This document shows, one piece after another, positions 29,351 through 38,456 of a DNA stretch of 64,000 nucleotides. Source of the DNA: a candidate division WOR-3 bacterium (GTDB lineage Bacteria > Hydrothermota > Hydrothermia > JBDRYB01). The notes beneath the pieces are model-generated. The model did not search any database and was not told the DNA's origin. It saw only the letters and a program-made list of their open reading frames with translations. A program made the position numbers and the translations under genes. The stretch is from contig JBDRYB010000001.1 in the NCBI GenBank assembly GCA_039803205.1, forward strand, positions 363,413-427,412. Direction: 5' to 3'. How positions within the stretch are numbered: position 1 is the stretch's first letter; each line of letters begins with the position of its first letter.

Positions 29351-29426
29351 GGGCACCTCTTGTGTGTGCTCAAAAAACCACGGCAGATCAAACCCTGGCC
29401 CGGGAAAAGGCCTTACAGAATAATTT

Positions 29427-30398
29427 TTACCCCCTGAAGAGACCTGATAAAAGTCTTTCCCAGTCCTCTCGTTTGAATTTGAGGTTTCCACAATATTCCA
29501 TGTGCTTCTCCTCTCTGATCTCGCCCAGGAATGGAAGCACGGAACCTTTTTCTCTGATACTTAAAGGCCCAGGTATAAAATACCCAACCACATAATTAGG
29601 AATAGCCGGCAGTGGGACAATTTCTTCCTCAAGTTCCGCGAGCAGATCCTTGAAATGATCATCTTTACCAACAAAGCCCTTGATGTGGTTAAGCAATTTG
29701 GCGAGGCTACTGATATTCTTCAGAATTCCCAGAAAAAAATCCTCCGGCAGAACGGTCTTGACGAATATCCCTATGTGGCAATTTTTAGGGCACTCGGCAT
29801 ATGCAGACTCCAGGCTCTTGGAGGATTTGATGGACACAATTTCACTTATCGTTGTTTCCTGCTCCCCTCTTTTCAGGTTTACAATATCGGATTTAAATCT
29901 GTCCCGTTCTATGTCGATATCCCAATCAAGATCGGTGTCGTATCCAAACCCCATTATGAACTTCCGAAATGCTATTTCACCTATCTTGCCAATGAAATGG
30001 TCTGAAATAATTTGAAGGGTTCCTCGTGATTTGGCTCTGTCCGTAAATTCGGTTATTGTGGCTCTGGTTTCGCCCACGCGCATCTTATAGGGCATCAGTA
30101 AGGAGAACAGAAGGAGCCTGTAAAAATCCTCATCCTTGTCAGGATCTATCTCAATGAGATTGGGCAAGAGCCTTTTCACAATCCACTCCTCAATCTCTTC
30201 CCGCGAGGTTTCATACAGGAAGGCGTTTCCTTTGGTGATCAGTCTCGCACACTCCAGTCCCCTTATAGCCCCTATTATCAGGCGGAGTGTGGACTCACGA
30301 TCCAGCCTATCTTTTACAAGACTAATGTCCGGTAAGGATGCAAGGACAAATTCCAAGGCATCTTTCTTGCGGGCTAGCCGTGTTCTGGCTATGTTCAT
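29427..30398 (-). CDS. Putative Type II restriction endonuclease (PD-(D/E)xK-like), family unassigned
   Basis: GKIGEIAF...D..SDI...SIKS spacing; divergent from an MTase; AT-rich. Confidence 0.6.
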   Translation of the reverse strand: MNIARTRLARKKDALEFVLASLPDISLVKDRLDRESTLRLIIGAIRGLECARLITKGNAFLYETSREEIEEWIVKRLLPNLIEIDPDKDEDFYRLLLFSLLMPYKMRVGETRATITEFTDRAKSRGTLQIISDHFIGKIGEIAFRKFIMGFGYDTDLDWDIDIERDRFKSDIVNLKRGEQETTISEIVSIKSSKSLESAYAECPKNCHIGIFVKTVLPEDFFLGILKNISSLAKLLNHIKGFVGKDDHFKDLLAELEEEIVPLPAIPNYVVGYFIPGPLSIREKGSVLPFLGEIREEKHMEYCGNLKFKREDWERLLSGLFRG

Positions 30399-30471
30399 AC
30401 TGAAAGTATATCAGGTTCTCATGACCCTCATCAAGTTGAATTGGCAGGAGTGATCGGATTATACTGGTAGG

Positions 30472-31707
30472 GTGAAGGAAATTCTCTCTGCCAGACCAAT
30501 AGTCTTTAGGGATATGTATGGGCTATCAACGACTTACGCTACCCACGGGCTCTATTATTACCCCGCCAAGTTCATACCCCATGTGGTTAGATATTGCATT
30601 GAAAACTATTCTCATGGGCCGAGCACGAAACTTTTTGATCCTTTTGCTGGTTCAGGAACAAGCGGAGTTGAGGCTTATCTAAGCGGCCTGGACTTTGTGC
30701 TGGCTGACATAAACCCTATACTCAAGCACTTGACTGAAGTAAAGCTTCTGAGCTTAGACCCCCACAAGGACTGGCGGGCCGAACTGAATAGGTGTTTAAT
30801 GGTTTTGGAGAATGAAAATGGAAAATTTACACCTAGTTGGAAAAGCATGGGCTACTGGTATGAGGCCCCTGTTCTGGATGAGCTGATGAAGAAGTGGGGA
30901 AATTTAATGAGGCTAGAATCACCGCTCAAGCCAATTCTTACTTTCGCACTCCTGAGAATTTCTAGGCTGTTTTCTTGGGACGAGGACAGGGCCCCGAAAC
31001 TATTCAAATCCAAGAGAAAGGATAAGGAGCTCCGCAAAATATTAAGTGGGGATTGGAAATCGGCTATGAAAACCCAACTAGCAAAAATATCCCTGGAATA
31101 CCTGGGAAGGGTCATGGATTTCAACCGTTTTGCTGGTTTTCTGACAAGGAAGCCGGAGTATGTGGTCTATAACGGGATAGATGTCTCTGAACCGAAAGAG
31201 TTCCCCAGAATCAGCTATGATCTGGTCGTCACCTCGCCTCCGTATCTTCAGGCTCAGGAATATCTGAGGACAAGCAAACTTGACCTTTACTGGCTAGGGT
31301 ATTCCGAAGAAGAAATAAAAAGGCTCACGAACAAGGAGATTCCTTACAAAAAACCGCCGGCGGATTGGTGGAGAGAATACCCTATAATTGATGGGATCAT
31401 AAGAATACATCAGAATCAGAAATCCTTGATGATTTCTTACTTTTACTACCTACTGAGAGCATTTGATCTGACAATAGAGAGCCTTTCCCCGGGAGGATAT
31501 ATATGTGTGTTTCTGGGATCGCCGAAAGCCAATGGAAACGAGATCCTCATCTGGAGGTTAATAGCGGAACATTTTGAAAACAGGGGTCTGGAACTTACCG
31601 AGGTTCTTGAGGATAGGATAGTCAACAGAAAGCTATTTAGGGGACGGAAGAATCTGAATCCTATGGGAATGGAATCGGAGTTTCTGGTGGTAGCCAAGAA
31701 GGGATAA
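30472..31707 (+). CDS. N4-cytosine DNA methyltransferase (alpha-type motif order)
   Basis: THGLYYYPAKFIP, FDPFAGSGT (motif I) preceding VTSPPY (motif IV). Confidence 0.85.
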   Translation: MKEILSARPIVFRDMYGLSTTYATHGLYYYPAKFIPHVVRYCIENYSHGPSTKLFDPFAGSGTSGVEAYLSGLDFVLADINPILKHLTEVKLLSLDPHKDWRAELNRCLMVLENENGKFTPSWKSMGYWYEAPVLDELMKKWGNLMRLESPLKPILTFALLRISRLFSWDEDRAPKLFKSKRKDKELRKILSGDWKSAMKTQLAKISLEYLGRVMDFNRFAGFLTRKPEYVVYNGIDVSEPKEFPRISYDLVVTSPPYLQAQEYLRTSKLDLYWLGYSEEEIKRLTNKEIPYKKPPADWWREYPIIDGIIRIHQNQKSLMISYFYYLLRAFDLTIESLSPGGYICVFLGSPKANGNEILIWRLIAEHFENRGLELTEVLEDRIVNRKLFRGRKNLNPMGMESEFLVVAKKG

Positions 31708-31722
31708 GACCCAGCAAAAGCC

Positions 31723-32685
31723 TCATGGCACTATCCTCGTCCCCCCCTTTCCCTCAAGCGCGAGCCTAAGCCCCTCAAGGGATGTGATTATGACTTCCTT
31801 TCCGCCTGACCTCAGGAAATCGCAGGCCGCCTCAATCTTCGGGCCCATTGAGCCAGATGGAAAGTGGCCCTCCATGAGGTATTTTTCGGCCTCTGCGCAG
31901 GTTATCTCGCGGAGCTCGCGCTGGTCCGGCTTTCCGAAATTGAGATAAACGGAGTCAACCGCCGTGAGAATAATGAGGAGTTCCGCGTTTATCTCCCTGG
32001 CAAGGGTTGCTGAGGCCCTGTCCTTGTCAATGACAGCAAAGGCCCCTTCCCAGCGCCCGTTTCTGTTTATGACAGGAATACCCCCTCCGCCCGCGGCTAT
32101 GACCACGAATCCCTGCTCAAGGAGGATGTTGACCGCAGGAGCTGAGAGGACACGGATGGGCAAAGGCGACGGCACAACGACCCTCCATCCCCTCCCGGCA
32201 TCCTCCTTTATTGGCCAGCCATACCTGCCGTGCATGGCCATGGCCTTTATCTTATCAAAGAACTCGCCTATGGGTTTTGATGGATTGGCAAACCCAGGGT
32301 CATCCGGGGAAACCTCCACCATGGAAACCAGTGTCGCGACACGAAGATCAGGGCGCTGGTTTCTGAGCCCTCGCTCTATGGCATAGCCTATCCAGCCCTG
32401 GGTCTCCGCGTTGAGCGCGTCCATGGGATACACGGGGAACTCATCCTCTGTCATGGCGTTTCTCAGGAACGAGAGACCGACCTGGGGGCCGTTCCCGTGC
32501 GTTATGACGACCCGGTAGCCAGAATCCAGGAGCCGGAGTATCGGCGCGACGGATTCCTCTGCCCTTCTCGCCTGAACCTCTATCTCAAAGCTCTCCCCTT
32601 TGTTCCTCAGAGCGTTTCCCCCTAGAGCGACAACGGCCTTTCTGGGTTGCTCCTCAGAAACGGGAAGCTTCTTTCCGGATGGCAT
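31723..32685 (-). CDS. arcC: Carbamate kinase
   Basis: ALGGNAL, THGNGPQVG, KPIG, RVVVPSP, GGGGIP, VIDKD, GSMGPKIEA. Confidence 0.95.
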   Translation of the reverse strand: MPSGKKLPVSEEQPRKAVVALGGNALRNKGESFEIEVQARRAEESVAPILRLLDSGYRVVITHGNGPQVGLSFLRNAMTEDEFPVYPMDALNAETQGWIGYAIERGLRNQRPDLRVATLVSMVEVSPDDPGFANPSKPIGEFFDKIKAMAMHGRYGWPIKEDAGRGWRVVVPSPLPIRVLSAPAVNILLEQGFVVIAAGGGGIPVINRNGRWEGAFAVIDKDRASATLAREINAELLIILTAVDSVYLNFGKPDQRELREITCAEAEKYLMEGHFPSGSMGPKIEAACDFLRSGGKEVIITSLEGLRLALEGKGGTRIVP

Positions 32686-33044
32686 CACTCCTCCAGGATG
32701 CATACCGCTATCACATAATCCCCATCGTGGGAAATGGAGAGGGCTGACCTGCCTTTGAAAAGCTCTGCCGCCTTGCCGGAAAGCGAGTATGATGGCGCAC
32801 CAAGCCTGTCCTTTACAACCTCAACATCCTGCCAGCGTATCCCTTCTGCGAGGCCGGTTCCAAGAGCTTTGAGAAAAGCCTCTTTTGCCGCGAACGCCCC
32901 AGCGAGCTCCTTAACCCTGTGAGCGCCCTCTGCCCTGGCTACCTCACCCTGGGTGAACAACCTCTTTGTGAGCCTTTGACCCCAGCGCTTCAAGGCCTTG
33001 CTAAACCTAGGGAGGCTAACTATGTCTGCTCCTACTCTTAGCAT
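32685..33044 (-). CDS. acpS: Holo-ACP synthase
   Basis: VGADIV, FAAKEAFLKALGTG, LSISHD. Confidence 0.92.
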   Translation of the reverse strand: MLRVGADIVSLPRFSKALKRWGQRLTKRLFTQGEVARAEGAHRVKELAGAFAAKEAFLKALGTGLAEGIRWQDVEVVKDRLGAPSYSLSGKAAELFKGRSALSISHDGDYVIAVCILEE

Positions 33045-33138
33045 AAAATTAAAAAAGGTCTTTTGACCCGGATAATTATAACCCGAAACCCCGGCCCGGA
33101 GCAAACTGACGAGACAACGCCTTAAACCCCTGGACCTT

Positions 33139-33178
33139 TTGGTTCGGTGATCCGGAATTTTGAAACACTGCGCCCCGC
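33139..33178. repeat. Dispersed intergenic repeat, copy 1
   Basis: TTGGTTCGGTGATCCGGAATTTTGAAACA matches 58192-58220 at 27/29 positions, followed by a shared TGCG..CCCCGC tail. Confidence 0.8.
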
Positions 33179-33206
33179 CGCTATGGGCTATTTGGGATCA
33201 TGGGGT

Positions 33207-33653
33207 TCATCCGAAAAGAACGATCTCAAGGAGCATCTTGCCGTGAAGTAAGACGAAAATAGCGAAAGCAGTCCCCGCGAGGTGAACGAGGGCAGTTGCC
33301 CAATCGTTTTTTGGGGGAAACGCGATGCCAAGAGCCGCAAGGGGCACGAGCAAGAGCCAGAGCCACGGAATTCCCCATATCCCTATGGCAGGAGTAAGGT
33401 AAAAACAAGGGAAAAGGCCGGAGAAATGCCTGTAGAACCTGCCCTTGATGAGGCCGAGGAATGTAAAGGGAAACGAGATGAACATGGAAGGCCCGAAAAC
33501 AAAGCCCCACCTGTTGATAAGCCACCATATCTCCCAGAAGCCCGGCCTGTAGAGAAACGAGCTGTGAAGGGCAAGAGAAAGGATGGAAAGGGGCAAGCCG
33601 AGCCAGAGCCACCTGAGAAACCACTTCCAGATGAACAGCAAAACCCTTTTCAT
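33207..33653 (-). CDS. Hypothetical integral membrane protein (Trp/Phe-rich)
   Basis: Several hydrophobic segments from MKRVLLFIWKW onward. Confidence 0.6.
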   Translation of the reverse strand: MKRVLLFIWKWFLRWLWLGLPLSILSLALHSSFLYRPGFWEIWWLINRWGFVFGPSMFISFPFTFLGLIKGRFYRHFSGLFPCFYLTPAIGIWGIPWLWLLLVPLAALGIAFPPKNDWATALVHLAGTAFAIFVLLHGKMLLEIVLFG

Positions 33654-33741
33654 TATCTCGCAAATAATAAAGCCCAAAGGGCATTGGGTTCCTCATGGTT
33701 CGGTAATTATTGCCGGCGCGAGGCCTTTTGACCAGGTTGGA

Positions 33742-34407
33742 TCAGGACCTCAGCGCGGTGAGCCACAGGGCCAAGGTTATTGCCCTCGGCACATCAAGCC
33801 ACCCCCTTATGTGGCTCTTTTCGCCCTGGTATATGACCTCTATGGGCACATGCGCGAGCCGAAACCCCTTCCAAAGCGCCTTAACCAGCAGTTCGGATTC
33901 CGTCTGAAACCTGGATGTTTTAAGGGAAACCGTTCGGAGGACATCCGTCTTTATTAACCTGAAGCCAGATTGGCTGTCGGGTATCCGGGTTCGGGTCATT
34001 AGGGATATAGCGAGGGTGGTTGTCCTGTTTGATAACCAGTTTGCCAGGGGCATCCCAATGAAGGGTTTCCTCGAGCCGATAACGATATCAGCCCCCTCAG
34101 ATGCCTTAATGAGATCCGGGATCCTCTCCGGAGGATGCTGACCATCAGCATCCAGGGTGATCACGAAATCGTAGCCCTCAGAGATCGCTACCGAGAAGCC
34201 CTCCCTGAGAGCAAATCCCTTTCCCCTGTTCCTCTCAAGCCTGAGAACCCCAGCACCAGCCCCTTTGGCGACCCGAGCCGTATCATCCTCAGAACCGTCA
34301 TCTATCACGAGGACATCTCCGGCGGGGAAGCTCTGCCGAGCCCTCCTTATGACATCTGAGATCCGCTCAGCCTCGTTGAAGGCTGGGATGAGGACGAGGC
34401 CTTTCAT
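33742..34407 (-). CDS. Glycosyltransferase family 2 (polyprenol-phosphate mannose synthase-like)
   Basis: IPAFNE, IDDGSED, NRGKG, DADGQH, GSR, DSQSGFR. Confidence 0.92.
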   Translation of the reverse strand: MKGLVLIPAFNEAERISDVIRRARQSFPAGDVLVIDDGSEDDTARVAKGAGAGVLRLERNRGKGFALREGFSVAISEGYDFVITLDADGQHPPERIPDLIKASEGADIVIGSRKPFIGMPLANWLSNRTTTLAISLMTRTRIPDSQSGFRLIKTDVLRTVSLKTSRFQTESELLVKALWKGFRLAHVPIEVIYQGEKSHIRGWLDVPRAITLALWLTALRS

Positions 34408-34445
34408 TGCCAAATTGCGATCCGGGTTTGCACGATAGCCTGCCC

Positions 34446-35870
34446 TTACCCCCTTTTTATGACCGGGATCTCTCCTGCCTCAAGGTATCCCTTTCCCCAA
34501 TCTATATCATCCATGTTGTATCTCACGCCATCAACTATGCTCTTAGCCGCTAGTATTCCTGTCTCAAACGAGTGATCCATCAGATTGTATCTGTGCCTGC
34601 CGTTCCTGCCGATGAGATACAGGTTCTCAAATCCCTCAAGCCAGGAAAGAACTACCGAAAGAGGTTCTCTATAACCAAGATCCCAGACCGGATATGCCTC
34701 CGGAACCCGCGTCACTTCCCAACCCATAACATCTTTTTTGCTGATAAACCCGAATTCACGCTCTATGAAGTCCACGGTTCCATCCGCGAGCGCCTTATCC
34801 TCAGATCTCCATACGCCATCCCCCCGGAACACGAAATACTCAACAGGAAGCGAGGTGACGGAATCATCAGGAACCATCCATCTAGACCAGTTCTTTGGTT
34901 CGTGCCACCTGCCAAAAGGAACCCTGAGCTCCGGGAAGTATATCCAGGAATCCGAGGTGACATTCGGCTTTGCTATTTTCAGGAATACAATGAGGAGGTC
35001 TCGGAATCTCAGCTTCTCTGCCGCGGTCATGACCTCTTTGGGCGGTGAGGGTCTCATTGCGGCCAGCATTGCTGGCAAAGGAATAGAGCCTATCGTGTGG
35101 TCAACCATGAACTCCTCGTTCCCGGCCGCCACCGATATGATTCGCCTGTCCTTCCACCTGATCTCCTGGACGGGCGCGTTGAGAACAACCCTGCCCCCTT
35201 TCTCTTTGATGAAATCAGCGAACCTCTCGGATATTTCCCCTATGCCATATCTCGGATAATAGAACCTATCTATTATGGTTGCGAGCTCTGCGCCCTTTTC
35301 CTTTTTTGGGAAAAGGGCCTCTTTTAGCGCTGTCGTGAGGGACAACCCCCTTATTCTCTCTGCGGCCCAGTCCGCTGAGATCTCAGTTGGCTTGAGTCCC
35401 CAAACCTTTTCAGTGTATTCCTCAAAGTTGAAACGATAAAGCCCCCTACCGAAACGCTTGACAACCCAATCCTCAAAAGAGACATCTGGCTTGTGGCTGT
35501 ATGCCGTCTTTGCCCAAATGTAATCCAGCAAAAATCCAGCACCCCTGAAAACGCTCAGCTTCCTGAGAACATCCCCTATCTTTATGGGGTAGAGGAAAAA
35601 CTTGCCCTCCTTGTATATCCTTGAAACCCTCACTGGCATGAGTAGGTCATCGCCCAGTATCTCAGCGACCATCTCCAGGAGAACACGGTTCTTCGTGAAG
35701 AACCTGTGGCCGCCCATGTCGTATCTGAAGCCATCAGGAGTCAGCTTTGTCCGGGAGATGCCGCCGACGAAGTCCTGCTTCTCAATTACAACTGGTTTGA
35801 CCCCTGCCCTTGCCAGGAAATAAGCGGATGAGAGACCTCCTGGCCCTGCGCCGAGGATTACGGCATTCAT
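34446..35870 (-). CDS. FAD-dependent oxidoreductase (protoporphyrinogen oxidase / UDP-galactopyranose mutase-like)
   Basis: GAGPGG, GGISRT, DMGGHRFF, YTEKVWG, WAAERI, AYPV, GRNG..Y..MDH. Confidence 0.85.
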   Translation of the reverse strand: MNAVILGAGPGGLSSAYFLARAGVKPVVIEKQDFVGGISRTKLTPDGFRYDMGGHRFFTKNRVLLEMVAEILGDDLLMPVRVSRIYKEGKFFLYPIKIGDVLRKLSVFRGAGFLLDYIWAKTAYSHKPDVSFEDWVVKRFGRGLYRFNFEEYTEKVWGLKPTEISADWAAERIRGLSLTTALKEALFPKKEKGAELATIIDRFYYPRYGIGEISERFADFIKEKGGRVVLNAPVQEIRWKDRRIISVAAGNEEFMVDHTIGSIPLPAMLAAMRPSPPKEVMTAAEKLRFRDLLIVFLKIAKPNVTSDSWIYFPELRVPFGRWHEPKNWSRWMVPDDSVTSLPVEYFVFRGDGVWRSEDKALADGTVDFIEREFGFISKKDVMGWEVTRVPEAYPVWDLGYREPLSVVLSWLEGFENLYLIGRNGRHRYNLMDHSFETGILAAKSIVDGVRYNMDDIDWGKGYLEAGEIPVIKRG

Positions 35871-35923
35871 GGGAAAATTATAATGTAGGCGCGGGTCCCG
35901 GTGCCCGCGCGGTCACGAACCAA

Positions 35924-36577
35924 TCAATCGCTCACTCCCCCGAACATCAATGTCCCCGTCACCAAGGGAACCATCTGGGATGGCTTTGGCGCGCCAACAA
36001 CATCCCTTCCTTCAACCTGCCACTCCCCTATCATTGGCGAGTAGATCATTTGTCCCTTGATGGCTATGCCGATTATAGCGCCTTCGCCTTGGCCTGTCGC
36101 CATGGGGATGTTGAATTGAGCGCTGAGCGCGCTGGTTGCCGAGAGGCCACCGCCCCCAAGGGTAGCGCTGTAGCGAGGGTTGGCGAGAAGGCTGTCAAAA
36201 TTCTGCCCCCCTTGGACCGGAACCAGGTGAAGGGTGTAACCCATGCCGCCCAAGCCAAATGTAGGGTAGAGCCAGAGCCAATCCAAGGGCGCGAAAAGCC
36301 AACCTATCTCAAAGAAACCTCCGCCTACGCTGAGCTCCGCGGTCGCCGAGTCGGACTCGGTTTTCGGGTAGCTCGCGCCGAAACCGCTGCCGCCGATGAG
36401 AAGCTTGCTTGCTATAGCATAGCCGCCGCCCATGACCAGTCCATAGGAGGACAATGGGTCATAGCCCTGTGTCTCGAGCCTGGAGCTTATTGCAGAGTTG
36501 TCCCAGAACGAGGCCCCTGATGTGAAGCCTCCCATTCCGCCTCCTACTGATAGGAGAGCTATAAAAAAACATTTCAA
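35924..36577 (-). CDS. Gly-rich outer-membrane beta-barrel-like protein; start ambiguous, possible frameshift in a T7 tract
   Basis: GGGY...IGGSG, GGFFEIG beta pattern; SD GGAGG points to ATG 36572, which is out of frame. Confidence 0.65.
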   Translation of the reverse strand: MKCFFIALLSVGGGMGGFTSGASFWDNSAISSRLETQGYDPLSSYGLVMGGGYAIASKLLIGGSGFGASYPKTESDSATAELSVGGGFFEIGWLFAPLDWLWLYPTFGLGGMGYTLHLVPVQGGQNFDSLLANPRYSATLGGGGLSATSALSAQFNIPMATGQGEGAIIGIAIKGQMIYSPMIGEWQVEGRDVVGAPKPSQMVPLVTGTLMFGGVSD

Positions 36578-36635
36578 CCTCCAAGAGGGAATATTATGGG
36601 GCAGAAGGACGCTCCCGTGCATTATCATTTAACCT

Positions 36636-37067
36636 ATGGTCAGGTTCAGCATATCCATGGATGAGGAGAGCGCGGCGCAGTTGGACGAACTCGTCAAAGA
36701 AAGGGGCTATGCTAATCGCTCCGAGGCCGTGAGGGACATGGTGAGGAAGGCGCTCCTTGAGGAAAGGTGGGAAAAGGGAGGCGAGGTCTTGGGGGTCCTG
36801 ATCACGGTGTTCGATCACACAAAGAGGCTCATCCAGGAGAGGATAACCGAGGGGTATCACAAGCACCACGAAGCGGTGATAACGACCCTTCACCTTCACC
36901 TTGACGACCGAAACTGCATGGAGGTGTCCGCGATAACGGGCGAGGCCGGAGCTGTGAAGAGGGTCGCGAAGGACATTCTGAGAAGGCCGGGGCTCATTTT
37001 CGGAAAGCTGGTGCCGGTCGCTAGACCAGAGGGGTCAAAATTGTCCAAGGCCAAACATAACCATTAA
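36636..37067 (+). CDS. nikR: Nickel-responsive regulator NikR
   Basis: RFSIS ribbon-helix-helix, GYANRSEAVRD, DH, HLHLD...CME. Confidence 0.92.
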   Translation: MVRFSISMDEESAAQLDELVKERGYANRSEAVRDMVRKALLEERWEKGGEVLGVLITVFDHTKRLIQERITEGYHKHHEAVITTLHLHLDDRNCMEVSAITGEAGAVKRVAKDILRRPGLIFGKLVPVARPEGSKLSKAKHNH

Positions 37068-37077
37068 GCTTTTCCCC

Positions 37078-38097
37078 ATGTCCGATGACTATGGCTACAT
37101 AAACGCGCGAATAAGGGCCAGGTTCGCAAGGCTACTCCGGCCAGAGGACTACGAAAGGCTCCTTTCGGCCGAGGATCTGTCAGCGTTCTTTCGCGAGCTC
37201 AAGGAAACCCATTACGGCCCATCCCTGCCATCCGGAGACGGAGGCATTGAGGCAATACTCCTTGGGTTGAGGCGCCACCTTGAGAAGACCGTTTCGGAGG
37301 TCCTTGGTTTTTCAGATGGGGAACCGGGTGACCTGTTCAGGATAATCCTCGGGCGCTGGGATGTCCAGAACCTAATCACGGTTCTCAGGGGAAAGACGCG
37401 CGGGCTTCCGGCCGATGAAATAGCGAGAGACCTGGTCCCGCTTGGTTCTCTTGACAATACACGGCTCTCGGAATTGCTGAAGGAGGAGACCCCCTCGGAT
37501 GTCTTGGACAGGCTTGCTTCCTGGAACATATCCCTGCCGATCAAAATAACGAGGGATCTGACGAGATTCGTGAGGGATGGGGATATCGCATCAGCGGAGT
37601 TCTACCTCTACGAGGGATACCTCGGATGGGCACGGGAGCGCCTCGGCAGGAAGGAAAATGGAGCAATGGTCCGCGAGGTCCTCGACAGCCTTTCGGATAC
37701 GAGAAACATCGTTGGAGTGCTAATTTACCTCAAGAACCGCATTAAACCCGCGGGCAGGGTAAGGTTTTTGCCTGGAGGCAAGCTCGGGCCGCACATTCTC
37801 AGAAAGCTTGAGAGGTGCGAGACATACGAGGATGGCGTGGCAGTGCTGAGGGAAACGATATACAAATCCGCGTTCCCCAGGCCCGATACCCCTCTGGCTG
37901 AGGCGGAGAGAAGAATAGAGATAGAGGCCCTCAGGTCTGCGCTCTCAAAGAGGCTCCACGCGGACCCTCTCGGAATAGGAATAGGGCTATCCTTCCTAAA
38001 GGCACAGGAAACAGAGGTGATAAACCTCAGGACAATAGCTTTGGGGATCGCCTATGGCGCTGACAGGAGGGAGATAAGGGAGGCTTTGATCCTGTAG
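37078..38097 (+). CDS. V/A-type ATPase subunit C
   Basis: YGYINARIRA..LL, WDVQNL..LRG, E.EVINLR.IA.G. Confidence 0.85.
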   Translation: MSDDYGYINARIRARFARLLRPEDYERLLSAEDLSAFFRELKETHYGPSLPSGDGGIEAILLGLRRHLEKTVSEVLGFSDGEPGDLFRIILGRWDVQNLITVLRGKTRGLPADEIARDLVPLGSLDNTRLSELLKEETPSDVLDRLASWNISLPIKITRDLTRFVRDGDIASAEFYLYEGYLGWARERLGRKENGAMVREVLDSLSDTRNIVGVLIYLKNRIKPAGRVRFLPGGKLGPHILRKLERCETYEDGVAVLRETIYKSAFPRPDTPLAEAERRIEIEALRSALSKRLHADPLGIGIGLSFLKAQETEVINLRTIALGIAYGADRREIREALIL

Positions 38098-38311
38098 CGC
38101 CTGGGGGTCCATAGCGGTGGACAAAGCTTATGTTCAGGGGGGTGCTCATCATCGCGCCTCCCCACATGCCTGCTATGAATCCCCAGTAGTAGAACGGCCT
38201 CGGATTATAATAGACGACAGCATCCTCTCGGGCTTCCTGACAGGTATCAGCGGGAACCAACGATGGAGTCCCTGCCAGAGCAAGTAAAACGAGCGAGGTC
38301 CAGGGTTTCAT
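38027..38311 (-). pseudogene. Short exported/membrane protein, probably truncated
   Basis: SD AGGAGG; signal-like N-terminus; 3' end runs about 70 nt into the convergent ATPase gene. Confidence 0.4.
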
Positions 38312-38406
38312 TTGCTTCCTCCTGATGTAAGGGCCATTATGGCAATCATTCCCGCGTAAAGAGCCATTCCAGCAACAACGCCCACTGTTACATCCCTCAT
38401 CTGCAT
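38308..38406 (-). CDS. 32-aa single-TM small ORF or gene remnant
   Basis: MQMRDVTVGVVAGMALYAGMIAIMALTSGGSK*; its stop overlaps the next ATG (ATGA). Confidence 0.4.
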   Translation of the reverse strand: MQMRDVTVGVVAGMALYAGMIAIMALTSGGSK

Positions 38407-38456
38407 GTTTTGGATTTCGTGATCTTCCACGGGGTTATGCTTTATAATATACCCCT

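Noticed and set aside
33084..33206. 6S RNA or a riboswitch upstream of acpS
   Set aside because: Only the terminal AACCCC/GGGGTT pair convincingly; no recognisable family consensus. An Rfam scan would be needed.
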